A stretch of 29,718 nucleotides of DNA from a virus (lineage: Duplodnaviria; Caudoviricetes). Position numbers and translations under genes: made by a program. The number at the start of each line of letters is the position of its first letter. Position 1 is the stretch's first letter. The notes under the pieces were generated by a model. It searched no databases and was not told where the DNA came from. It worked only from the letters and a program-made list of their open reading frames with translations. The stretch is taken from positions 1-29,718 of the IMG/VR virus record IMGVR_UViG_3300017719_000111. One strand, written 5' to 3'. Of the stretch, positions 1 to 8,706 are shown piece by piece.

Positions 1-597
1 ATACAAACGGTGCAAGTTCTTCCAGTGATTTTTATGAAAGTCCTCTACACTAACACGCATGCCTTGATCCAGTGCCATTTTAACACCTTCTCTAAATCCA
101 GCACGCCATGCTTGATGAGGTGTAGCATTATTCATAATAGTGCTAAAAGTTCCATTCATCTGGATGTATTGTGTGTCCCAGCAAAAATCTACTTGTGCAT
201 GTGGGTTATCATCTGGCGCATTTTCGTGTGTACGCATGTTTAATACATGTTGTTTAGGCCAGCACTTGATGCCGCCATTTCCGTATGTAAGATTATTGAT
301 AGTGTTAAGTGCAGTCCAACTAATAACTTTGTTTGTAAGATCAGTATCAGTATTAAAATCAATTGCCTGATTTAAAAAGTCTGCGTTTATAATGTTATCT
401 GCATCTACAGTAATAAATCGATCTGTTGTGGATCTTTCTGCCGCTGCTTTGTGTGCGCTATCACTGCCTTTGACTCCTTTAACATGTTCTGCCCAAGGAC
501 ATTTGCTGACTAAATCGGCAAAGTTTTTTTCTGCATTAGGCTCATCGTAGCTTAGATAAATTACATCATAGTCTACTACTCTAAAAGTATTAGTCAT
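1..597 (-). CDS. Putative GT-A-fold glycosyltransferase-like phage protein, partial (3' end runs off the window)
   Basis: Not in the ORF track; translated by hand. The ATG at 597-595 overlaps the upstream stop (ATGACTAA) and the frame stays open for 199 codons to base 1: MTNTFRVVDYDVIYLSYDEPNAEKNFADLVSKCPWAEHVKGVKGSDSAHKAAAERSTTDRFITVDADNII...YGNGGIKCWP...AWRAGFREGVKM. A hydrophobic strand precedes a DAD (DXD) motif. Confidence 0.75.
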   Translation of the reverse strand, partial: MTNTFRVVDYDVIYLSYDEPNAEKNFADLVSKCPWAEHVKGVKGSDSAHKAAAERSTTDRFITVDADNIINADFLNQAIDFNTDTDLTNKVISWTALNTINNLTYGNGGIKCWPKQHVLNMRTHENAPDDNPHAQVDFCWDTQYIQMNGTFSTIMNNATPHQAWRAGFREGVKMALDQGMRVSVEDFHKNHWKNLHRLY

Positions 598-1138
598 TTA
601 CTTCCTCATAATGATAAGTATCGAATCTACGCATAGTATATACGGAAACTTCTTCATTGTCAAACTCAAAATCATTTTCAAACGCAACTTCTAAACTATC
701 TGGAAATTGTAATAACTTATACAGCACGTTAGGATCATCTTTTTTTGTCACACTAAAATAATAATTTTGTAAATTAATTTCTATATTTTGTTGTTGTAAG
801 CCTTGTGCAAATTTTTCATCAACTTTAACTCTCCAACATTTCTTGATATTATCTTTAGTTATAATAATTTGATTTTCATCAGGTTTTTCTTTTGGAATTT
901 CATACAAAAATGCCCACATAAGTTTTTCATCGTCGACTTGTTTTAAACTTTTGATACTATATTTTTTCTCTAAAAAATCAAATTCAACTTTATGTTCTAA
1001 CAAACTTAATTTACCAGTGATAAAGTCTTCAACTTCTGCAAAGTCTAACTCTAAGTTTTTGAATCGTTCATCTGGCTTATTAGTGACTTTATAGATTGTT
1101 CCATCGTCTTCAAAACATACATATCTTTTTAGATTCAT
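590..1138 (-). CDS. Hypothetical protein (182 aa, acidic) within the glycosyltransferase cluster
   Basis: Tightly packed between the GT genes (1-bp gap upstream, 8-bp overlap downstream). No family recognised. Confidence 0.8.
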   Translation of the reverse strand: MNLKRYVCFEDDGTIYKVTNKPDERFKNLELDFAEVEDFITGKLSLLEHKVEFDFLEKKYSIKSLKQVDDEKLMWAFLYEIPKEKPDENQIIITKDNIKKCWRVKVDEKFAQGLQQQNIEINLQNYYFSVTKKDDPNVLYKLLQFPDSLEVAFENDFEFDNEEVSVYTMRRFDTYHYEEVND

Positions 1139-1139
1139 T

Positions 1140-1988
1140 TTATATTCCTAAATATTTTTCGTACTTTTTGACTAGTTTGTTTGTGACAAAATCTTTTTCA
1201 GTATAATGAAAAACACCTGATTGTTTATAATTTCCAATTTTTAATTGTAAATCATCGTCTATATATACGCCTAATCTATCTTGCCATCTATAAGCAAATT
1301 GCTCTTCCCAGTTTTGGCATCTTGATTTCATATGTACAAAACTCGGATACTTTGTTTTTTCATTAGTAATAAGATGCAAGTTATCCATAATCATTGTTGC
1401 TATAGATGCAGTAATGTCCATACTTGGATGTGGCAAATGCTTGAATTGATTATCAACTTGTTTGTAAAATTGTTGCCAATTATTTGTAATTATTTCTAAC
1501 CAGTTGTTAAATTCGTGTGCCATATCACTCTTTTTAAAATAGTGGCATCCATTGTATAAATTTGGCAGATTGTTTTTATAAAAACGTTGTCTATAAAAAG
1601 AGTCTGCAGGAATTGTTTCACCCCGGTAAGTTGTGACATTAGTTGTATAAAATAGATCGTATGTTTTTAAAAAATCAAACCATAAAGAAAGATCGTCTAA
1701 CACTAACATATCAGTATCAATTACTAATGTTTCTTTATAAGGAACTGCATGGTATATTTTCCATCTATTACTTACCTTCCAGTTTTCTTCTTGTGCATGA
1801 TCGCCCCATGGTATTTCAACTACATGATCAAAAACTTGTTTGTATTTTGTAGGAACAGGGTCGTTTGTAATTAAACATGTATTACTATTTTTATTAGTTG
1901 CTTTGATACTCATTGCTGCAAGGTAGGCTTGTCTAATATAATCAAAGTCACTATTTTGAGCAAGCATTGTAAAATTATTTGTTGTCAA
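1140..1988 (-). CDS. GT-A-fold glycosyltransferase (GT8-like), paralogue 2
   Basis: Contains YIRQAYLAAMSIK, PYKETLVIDTDMLV (DXD), LYNGCHYFKKS and a C-terminal FHYTEK. The TTG start is preceded by GGAGAG and its N-terminus aligns with that of the neighbouring paralogue. Confidence 0.8.
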   Translation of the reverse strand: MTTNNFTMLAQNSDFDYIRQAYLAAMSIKATNKNSNTCLITNDPVPTKYKQVFDHVVEIPWGDHAQEENWKVSNRWKIYHAVPYKETLVIDTDMLVLDDLSLWFDFLKTYDLFYTTNVTTYRGETIPADSFYRQRFYKNNLPNLYNGCHYFKKSDMAHEFNNWLEIITNNWQQFYKQVDNQFKHLPHPSMDITASIATMIMDNLHLITNEKTKYPSFVHMKSRCQNWEEQFAYRWQDRLGVYIDDDLQLKIGNYKQSGVFHYTEKDFVTNKLVKKYEKYLGI

Positions 1989-2808
1989 TAATTCTCTCCA
2001 AACTAAATTTATTCATAACATGACAATTACTGCCTTTTAAATTTACAGCGGTATACTCACCTAATCGGCTTTGTTTTTGTACTAGTATTTTTATTTCGTC
2101 ATCAACTATATCTATTAGTACATCTTTGTCTATACTAAAGAATTTAGTACCTGGTAATTTTCCTGCAAATTCGCCCGCTTGATAACCGTTCATAATATGG
2201 ATTGCAATACTAAATGCAAAATCATTCCTAAATACTGTTGTGCGAAACTGATACATGCTTCTATAATGCATATAGTTTTTTGATATATGTTTTATTAAAT
2301 CAAAGAAAATTTTTGTTTCGTTTGTCTTCTTAAAAAAGAATACAGTAGCCCAATAAAAATCTACACCAGTATCACTTATTCTTTTAAATTCACTGGTACC
2401 ATTATGTATACCAACGTGTGTTGCATCATTGTATAGCAAAAGATCTTTTTGCTGTACAAAACAATTATTTAAAATATCATTACTAATAATAAAATCAGTA
2501 TCCATTACAATTGTTTCATCGTAAGGAGATATATCATATGCATCAGCACGATTGTAATTATAAAATCTAGTTATTTTATTATACATATCGCCGTCGTGAT
2601 GTCTTTTGTTTGTAGTCTTATTTTCATTAATAGCATGTGCTATCACCTTATCAAAACAACTTTCTTGTTCGTCGGTGAGTTCAGTAGATGTCACAATGCT
2701 AGTAGGCAAATTCATATACTTGCGTATACGTTTAGCAAGGAAAACAGCTTGCTTTACATAATCTATTGATTTGTTATTGTTTGCAAATAACAGAACACCT
2801 TTTGTCAT
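1975..2808 (-). CDS. GT-A-fold glycosyltransferase (GT8-like), paralogue 1
   Basis: Contains DYVKQAVFLAKRI, SPYDETIVMDTDFII (DXD), YWATVFFFKK, FRNDFAFSIA and CHVMNK. It has an ATGA overlap with the upstream gene. Confidence 0.8.
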   Translation of the reverse strand: MTKGVLLFANNNKSIDYVKQAVFLAKRIRKYMNLPTSIVTSTELTDEQESCFDKVIAHAINENKTTNKRHHDGDMYNKITRFYNYNRADAYDISPYDETIVMDTDFIISNDILNNCFVQQKDLLLYNDATHVGIHNGTSEFKRISDTGVDFYWATVFFFKKTNETKIFFDLIKHISKNYMHYRSMYQFRTTVFRNDFAFSIAIHIMNGYQAGEFAGKLPGTKFFSIDKDVLIDIVDDEIKILVQKQSRLGEYTAVNLKGSNCHVMNKFSLERIIDNK

Positions 2809-3152
2809 AAACTAACAATACTTTCTACGCTTCTGCTTTTTTTCAATTTGTTGTATTCCATAAAATACTTGTTTGCAGCTTCAAAATATTTTGTATAAAT
2901 TTCATTTGCAAATGTTGATAAATTTTCAACTGTAATAGGCAACTCATTGTCATCAATTAAAATTGTACTTGATTGATCCATTGCAACTAGACTCTGACAA
3001 AAACTTACAAGTTCCTGTGTCACTGTAAATTGCCCACCATTGTAATAATATACAAGATTTTCTTTATACTGCGCAGCTAATAATCTTTTCTGATTGTTTA
3101 ACGTGACCATATAATTGCTGTGATCTAATGCTTTTTGTAGCCGTTCGTCCAT
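2805..3152 (-). CDS. Hypothetical protein (115 aa), possibly a DUF4376-like tail-fibre assembly protein
   Basis: Strong SD (AAGGAG). The pattern of a helix, YYNGGQF, ILIDDNELPITV and a C-terminal helix loosely recalls DUF4376 proteins found next to fibre genes. The family call is tentative. Confidence 0.7.
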   Translation of the reverse strand: MDERLQKALDHSNYMVTLNNQKRLLAAQYKENLVYYYNGGQFTVTQELVSFCQSLVAMDQSSTILIDDNELPITVENLSTFANEIYTKYFEAANKYFMEYNKLKKSRSVESIVSL

Positions 3153-3171
3153 ACTATACTCCTTTGCACTT

Positions 3172-3200
3172 AGTATATAGTATTTTTAAGATTTTGTCAA
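3172..3200 (-). promoter_or_regulatory. Sigma70-type promoter TTGACA-N17-TATACT upstream of the 115-aa gene and GT cluster
   Basis: The minus strand reads TTGACA AAATCTTAAAAATACTA TATACT AAGTGCAAAGGAGTATAGTATG. The -35 box is at 3200-3195, the -10 box at 3177-3172, with a 17-nt spacer. Confidence 0.8.
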
Positions 3201-4301
3201 TTAAAAGTCGGAATCTTTTGTTCCAGTTGGTGTATCTAATACAATGCCATTGTAAATAATGCCGCCGTATAAAAACGTACTAGAAGGTGTTTTTGTATAC
3301 ACAGTGCTAGTAATATTAGCTGTCACACTTTCGTCAGTTTTTGGACCAATAAAGCCGTCTGCTTGCTGGCCACCTGTTCCGGTATCGCCGTCATCTAATT
3401 CAATTTTAAATTCTAATTTAGTAGCTGTAGAAAATGCAGTATTTGTTCTAGCATAAATTCTAAAAAAGTTATCGTCATAAATTTGTTCTACTGGAATAAC
3501 ACCTGTATTACCGCCAGCTCTGCCGCCGCCTTGCTTTTCGAATATTTTAGTCCAAGTGCCACCGCTGCCAATATTTGCCGAACTATATCCTGTTCCACTT
3601 CCTGGTGCAATTGCTTCGCATATCCAATCAGTTTGATTACGTCTGCGAAAACGTACTGTTCCGGCATCACTTAATACTTGTGCCCAGTCCCAATCCTTTG
3701 TGTACGGAGTTCCTGTAGTACCACTAGTAGCAGAAGATTGAAATAAAATTTCTCCGCCTGCTGCAAGATAATAAATTAAATTAGCATGGCTTCCAAAATC
3801 AACACTGACTTCGTGTGTAATTATTTTTGCAGCATCGCTGCTACCGCCGAATGTAGTTGTTCTTGTACTCGATGTACTTGCACCGCCGGCTGTTTCTAAC
3901 GGTTCTAAACCTGTAAAGCTAGTTGCAGGAAATTCTGTAGAAGCATGATTAAATGCAAGCACACTATCAGCTAAGGTGTCTAAATCTAATTTATGCTGCC
4001 ATTCTACAAGATCAGTGTTTTCCATTTGATTTGCATCTATTACACCCGATAAAGAAGAAAAACAATGATTATATCCTGCTTGCAAATCAAGCCATAAATC
4101 TAAGTGCTGTTGTTCTGTGACAGTATCAGTTGCAGCTATTACAGGATCACTACTAAAATTTCTTCCGTATCCTCCAGATGTTGTAAGAGGAGTAGACAAA
4201 CTGCCGTAGTCATTGTATACAGAAACATTACCAAGCCTGCCTGCGACCAGCTCTCTTATTGCATTATAATGCGATGCTAATATCGGTGTTCCTACGGCCA
4301 T
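3201..4301 (-). CDS. Putative virion structural protein (366 aa), paralogue of 4350..5252
   Basis: Ser/Thr/Gly-rich. Shares I.A..YN at the N-terminus and H.(V/I).V.F.S......(Y/F)..AGG.I.F with its neighbour. SD is AGAGG. Confidence 0.75.
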   Translation of the reverse strand: MAVGTPILASHYNAIRELVAGRLGNVSVYNDYGSLSTPLTTSGGYGRNFSSDPVIAATDTVTEQQHLDLWLDLQAGYNHCFSSLSGVIDANQMENTDLVEWQHKLDLDTLADSVLAFNHASTEFPATSFTGLEPLETAGGASTSSTRTTTFGGSSDAAKIITHEVSVDFGSHANLIYYLAAGGEILFQSSATSGTTGTPYTKDWDWAQVLSDAGTVRFRRRNQTDWICEAIAPGSGTGYSSANIGSGGTWTKIFEKQGGGRAGGNTGVIPVEQIYDDNFFRIYARTNTAFSTATKLEFKIELDDGDTGTGGQQADGFIGPKTDESVTANITSTVYTKTPSSTFLYGGIIYNGIVLDTPTGTKDSDF

Positions 4302-4320
4302 TTAAAATCCTCTTTTAAAC

Positions 4321-4349
4321 ATTATAATGCTTAACTTTATATTTGTCAA
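4321..4349 (-). promoter_or_regulatory. Perfect sigma70 consensus promoter TTGACA-N17-TATAAT upstream of the 366-aa gene
   Basis: The minus strand reads TTGACA AATATAAAGTTAAGCAT TATAAT GTTTAAAAGAGGATTTTAAATG. The -35 box is at 4349-4344 and the -10 box at 4326-4321. Confidence 0.85.
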
Positions 4350-5252
4350 TCATAATTCGCTAGTTTTTGTATACGCTGGAGCATCATTTTGTACATATAT
4401 ACCAGTAGCTCGTATATGAGACACAGAACTTGTTAACACGCCTGCTACATATTCATCTGCACCGCCCGAGCCTACATCTTGATCATAAAATACAATGTTG
4501 AAAGTAATAGTGCTACTATTTTTTACTTTTGCTTGAACAAACCAATTATTTTCAGCGTATGTACCTGAAGGATCTCCTTCTTTTAGATACACTGTTTGAT
4601 AACTAGATGTTAAATCTTCATTGCCTATAGAATAACCTATTCCGGTTCCTGTTGATGTAGTTGCTGCTCTTCCAAACTGTACTTGTCCACTGTTAGTGAG
4701 CATTTCTTCCCATGCTTGATTTTTTGCTAAATTAGCGCCGCCAACATTAGTAATATCAATACTAGCATTAAATCTAATTTGGCCGCCGGCATTAAAAAAT
4801 GCTCTACGTTCGTTTGCACTAGAAAACCCTACATCAATTGTATGATTAATCTGTTGCGGAGTTGAAGTTCCGCCCCATTGACTAGCTGCACCATTCTTAA
4901 TACTGTTTACGCCTGCAGATTCAACAGAAGCCTGCGATGGATGTAAAATGAACCTGTCATCTTCTAAATCAGTTATTAAACTTTCAAATTCTGCATACAA
5001 TGCATCAGTTATTTCATCGTTGATAGTGACTGTAGCAATCCCCGAAGGAGTTGTCCCATTTATATGAACAAAAACTTTTTCAAAATCGTTATATAATGCA
5101 TTTATATGCTGTGCTTGTGCTTCGGTTAACACAGGCTCGGCATTAGAAGATACAGTTTGATTGTATCCCTTATCTAAATTTCCTACTCCTAAAAGGCCGG
5201 ATATACGTCCTTGTAATTCGTTATAACGTGCTGCTGAAATAATTTCTGGCAT
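4350..5252 (-). CDS. Putative virion structural protein (300 aa), paralogue of 3201..4301
   Basis: Contains IISAARYN and HTIDVGFSSANERRAFFNAGGQIRF. SD is AGGAG. It lies directly after the fibre genes. Confidence 0.75.
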   Translation of the reverse strand: MPEIISAARYNELQGRISGLLGVGNLDKGYNQTVSSNAEPVLTEAQAQHINALYNDFEKVFVHINGTTPSGIATVTINDEITDALYAEFESLITDLEDDRFILHPSQASVESAGVNSIKNGAASQWGGTSTPQQINHTIDVGFSSANERRAFFNAGGQIRFNASIDITNVGGANLAKNQAWEEMLTNSGQVQFGRAATTSTGTGIGYSIGNEDLTSSYQTVYLKEGDPSGTYAENNWFVQAKVKNSSTITFNIVFYDQDVGSGGADEYVAGVLTSSVSHIRATGIYVQNDAPAYTKTSEL

Positions 5253-5267
5253 ATAATTCTCCTAACA

Positions 5268-6788
5268 TTATGTTTTTATAACACACTCGACAAGTTTTTC
5301 GCCTTCGTCTACATTTGTTTCTAATGCTATTCCAACTAATGCTCTAGTTGCAGTTGTAGTACATACTCCATCTTCCCAAGCATATACAGGCTCGCCTTTT
5401 TTGATAGCACCTGTACATCTTACAGGAACACGACCTCTTAATGCAATTGCTTGTCCGTCGATATCCGAGTTCATCAAATAAGCCGGATTTTCACTTATTA
5501 CTCCAATTGCTAAATCACTACTTCTTGCAGGTCTAGTTTCATCGCTTACTTCCTGTTCTTCGCTAAACTTTTCAGGAGCAACTGCCATTGCAGTGCCAAC
5601 TGGATGTTCTTCTGAAGTTGTATATTTTTCTGCTAAATCTGCATACTGTGCTTTTGTAGCAGTACCATTAAAAAATCTTGCTGTTAAATCTGCGTTTGCA
5701 TCTCTTACTGCAACAGTATTTGCTGTTGCTGCTGTGCTTGCACTACGCCCTGTACCGGCAACGTCTACTGTAGAAGCTTTTGTTGCATTACCTACAAAAG
5801 TTGTTGAATGAATTTCTGCAAATCTTTCACTTGTACTACCAATGTTGTATACGCCATCTGCTTCAGGATACAATCCTTTAATCTCGCCGACTACATTTCT
5901 TACACTAACAATAGCTGTTGGATCTTCGCCTGCTTGACTTGCTTCAAATACAATTTTAGGTCCGCGGTTTTCAAACTTTGCTTGATTGTCTGATTCAATT
6001 TTAATTCTTAAGTCATTACTGTCACCTACTGTAAATCCAGCATCTCCAAAGGTAATAGAATCGGTTCTCTTTAAATAATCGCTGTAAAGTGTGCCGCCTA
6101 GTCTAAGCGCATCGTTTGCAGTTCCCCAAATAATAGGTTCATTGCTTGCACCACTGATATATTCATTTACATTATTTTGCGTTAAACCTGTTGCACTGTT
6201 TACTAGTGTCATACCACGTTTTATTAAACTAAACCCAGTTAAAGTAGGAACACCATCTGGCTGTAAATTAGCAAGTGTAAATTCTTCATTAGATATAACA
6301 TAAACTGCTACATCATTAATTATTGCAACAATAATTGTTTTTTCGTTATCGGCATTATCTAATACATTAACACTAAGCATTTGCGTTGTGCCACTACCAG
6401 CACTCTGAGGACCAACAAGGATAAATTCACCAGCAGCAGTTTTGCCGTATAACTGATTACTTGTACTACTCCACCATAAGTCGCCTTCGTCTAAACCAAT
6501 TGGTTCACTTGGGCTAACTTCTGTGCCGCCTGCTGTTTTCCAGGCACTGCCTGTGTAAAATTTTAATTTTGTAGTGCTTGCATCGTACCAAACTTGTCCG
6601 TCGATTGCTTTCACTGGTGCAGAAGTGCCACTAAAATTTTCTAGTAAATGAAGATAGTTTTCGTTTTGAACTTCACCATATCCACTATAATTTCTTCCCA
6701 CAAATTTAATATCAGTGGTTTGATCAATTGTACCATCTTCTACAACAGTAAGTTGTGTACCGTTAAATCTATTTACAATATATGCCAT
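5268..6788 (-). CDS. Tail fibre/appendage protein with a C-terminal peptidase G2-like intramolecular chaperone/autocleavage domain
   Basis: Has the shared fibre N-terminus (GRNYSGYGEVQNENYLHLLENFS...GQVWYD). The C-terminus AQYADLAEKY...IGVISENPAYLMN...IALRGRVPVRCTGAIKKG matches the D(Y/L)AE...GVIS..P...L.GRVPV pattern of Peptidase_G2 (phi29 gp12-type). Confidence 0.8.
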   Translation of the reverse strand: MAYIVNRFNGTQLTVVEDGTIDQTTDIKFVGRNYSGYGEVQNENYLHLLENFSGTSAPVKAIDGQVWYDASTTKLKFYTGSAWKTAGGTEVSPSEPIGLDEGDLWWSSTSNQLYGKTAAGEFILVGPQSAGSGTTQMLSVNVLDNADNEKTIIVAIINDVAVYVISNEEFTLANLQPDGVPTLTGFSLIKRGMTLVNSATGLTQNNVNEYISGASNEPIIWGTANDALRLGGTLYSDYLKRTDSITFGDAGFTVGDSNDLRIKIESDNQAKFENRGPKIVFEASQAGEDPTAIVSVRNVVGEIKGLYPEADGVYNIGSTSERFAEIHSTTFVGNATKASTVDVAGTGRSASTAATANTVAVRDANADLTARFFNGTATKAQYADLAEKYTTSEEHPVGTAMAVAPEKFSEEQEVSDETRPARSSDLAIGVISENPAYLMNSDIDGQAIALRGRVPVRCTGAIKKGEPVYAWEDGVCTTTATRALVGIALETNVDEGEKLVECVIKT

Positions 6789-6810
6789 TATTGTTGTTCC
6801 TCGCTTATGT

Positions 6811-6818
6811 TATTTATC
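6811..6818 (-). promoter_or_regulatory. T4-late-like promoter box (GATAAATA)
   Basis: The minus strand reads CGATAAATAACATAAGCGAGGAACAACAATAATG in the 31-bp gap before the 506-aa fibre. The TAAATA core recurs in other gaps. Confidence 0.55.
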
Positions 6819-6819
6819 G

Positions 6820-8706
6820 TTATACTGATGATGTGCTAATAACGCCGGTATTCACGTCCCAAAGGCCGCTTGATATTTCTATTGTTATTACACGCCTTGT
6901 GACTGTAAGAGTCACTGTCGCTGTTGGGTCGCTAATTGCAAAGTCACCTATAACATTGACGTTTTGCACACCTGCGCTGTCTACTGCAATTAATGTTTTA
7001 GCAATGCCGCCTTGTACATCAATTGGATCTGTGGTTGCATCATAATAGTAAGCATGAATCTTTGCTACAGTTCCATTTCTTGCTGTAGTAGGTGTTGATA
7101 TTTCTGCCAACATAGTTGCAATTTTTACTATTAGTCCGTCATCACATGTTCCGTCGCCGTATGCTCCAGGATTGTATGTTGTTCCTAAATTAGTAATATC
7201 TACACCCATAACAACTGGTGTTGCTTCAACAGCTTCGTCAACATATTTTTTATGTGCTACGTCAGTAGGATCAGCAGGTTCTAAAACATTTTTAATTCTT
7301 TTTGGATTAGTAAGTTCAATGTCTTCAACACTTGTAATTTGCAAGCCAGTAGTAGTTGAAATTGTGTTTTCTGTGATGGTCATTGTTTCGCCACCTTCAG
7401 GTCCAACTGTTAGATTAACTAATTTTCCTACATTCCTAAGTTCACTATTTACAATCGTGCTACCTAATGTATCCAATGATAATACATTTGTATTTTCAAT
7501 ATGATAGCTGTCAAATGCTGATTCTAATGCAATGCCATGCGAACTTGTCCAGCGGTTGGTTCCTGTTCTGAATGCCCATTCTTTGTCATCGCCGCTTACT
7601 CTAATTACAATTCCTGCTGGTCCGTTTGCTGCTTCAAGACCTGCTAGGTCTGCTTCACTAATTAGTGTACTATCGTCTTGAATTGCAAGCTCGATTCTGT
7701 GATCTTCAACACGCAATTTTGCAACATCTAAACTAACACTGTCGCCTTCGACTAAGATGTTTCCTGTGACACGCAAGTCTCCTGCAATATCAACTGTATA
7801 AGCAGGCAACGCACTTTGGAAAAAACCTACACGTTGCTCACTACTATCAAAATATACACTTTGTGCAATATCGTTGCTACCATTAAATGCAATTTTAAAG
7901 TCTTGATTTGTTTTTTGCATTTTTAAGTTGGTAATTGTGCCGTCTTGTCTAATATTTAAATCAAAATCATCGCCAAGGAATAAGCCGTTATCATCTTTAA
8001 TACTAATACTACCTGTTGTAGTACTGTTGTTGTTTGAACTTAGGAAACTACTTTGATCATATACATTTCCTAAATCATCGATAAGTTGTTTTGCACTATC
8101 AGCAGCACCTAAAAATGTATAAGTTCCAAATCCTGAATTAATGTTAAAACCAGTTTTTAAACTTGTAAATCCTGCAATACTCGGAAAAGGAGTAAAGTTT
8201 TCTTTTGATTCAATTGCAATTAAACTTCCATTTATATACTTTTTAATTACTGTTTTATTTTGTCCAAGTGTATCTTTGAGTGTTTCGATAACATCGCCTG
8301 TACGTGATTGTGTTTTTGTAAATTGAGGACCTACTAATACTGTTTCTGTTCCGTTCCAAAAGAACACTTGGTCTTTTGATCCGTCAATCCATATATCGCC
8401 TTCAATAAGTTCATCTGGTTGAGTAGAACTATAAATTGTACTATCTGTACTTCTAAATGTAATACCGTCATATACTTTTAATCTAGCAGTTGCTCTGTCA
8501 TACCAAAGTTGCCCTTCGATTGGTTTGCTAGGAGCAGTTGTGTTTGAAAAGTTTTCAAGCATTTTGATAAAGTTTTCATTTATACTTTCTCCAAATCCTT
8601 GATAATTTTTGCCTATTAGATTTATATCTGCGGATGTAGTATCCAGTCTTCCATCTACTAGTTCTACTAATAATGATCCGTCTGTTTTATTTAATTTATA
8701 GGCCAT
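6820..8706 (-). CDS. Tail fibre-like virion protein (628 aa)
   Basis: Has the shared N-terminus (GKNYQGFGESINENFIKMLENFS...PIEGQLWYD), a beta-rich shaft (VDIAGDLRVTGNILVEG) and a fibre neck-like motif IKNVLEPADPTDVAHKKYVD. TAATG coupling to the upstream gene. Confidence 0.8.
   Translation of the reverse strand: MAYKLNKTDGSLLVELVDGRLDTTSADINLIGKNYQGFGESINENFIKMLENFSNTTAPSKPIEGQLWYDRATARLKVYDGITFRSTDSTIYSSTQPDELIEGDIWIDGSKDQVFFWNGTETVLVGPQFTKTQSRTGDVIETLKDTLGQNKTVIKKYINGSLIAIESKENFTPFPSIAGFTSLKTGFNINSGFGTYTFLGAADSAKQLIDDLGNVYDQSSFLSSNNNSTTTGSISIKDDNGLFLGDDFDLNIRQDGTITNLKMQKTNQDFKIAFNGSNDIAQSVYFDSSEQRVGFFQSALPAYTVDIAGDLRVTGNILVEGDSVSLDVAKLRVEDHRIELAIQDDSTLISEADLAGLEAANGPAGIVIRVSGDDKEWAFRTGTNRWTSSHGIALESAFDSYHIENTNVLSLDTLGSTIVNSELRNVGKLVNLTVGPEGGETMTITENTISTTTGLQITSVEDIELTNPKRIKNVLEPADPTDVAHKKYVDEAVEATPVVMGVDITNLGTTYNPGAYGDGTCDDGLIVKIATMLAEISTPTTARNGTVAKIHAYYYDATTDPIDVQGGIAKTLIAVDSAGVQNVNVIGDFAISDPTATVTLTVTRRVITIEISSGLWDVNTGVISTSSV

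Noticed and set aside
10-370. Two Cys-rich plus-strand ORFs at the window start
   Set aside because: They lie antisense to the partial minus-strand GT-like gene (597 to <1), which has a coupled start and coherent motifs.
1960-1990. TTGACA at the start of the 282-aa GT gene as a possible third sigma70 promoter
   Set aside because: There is no -10 hexamer at 16-18 nt spacing (TACAAT lies only 11 nt away). The TTG is better explained as the start codon, with a GGAGAG SD.
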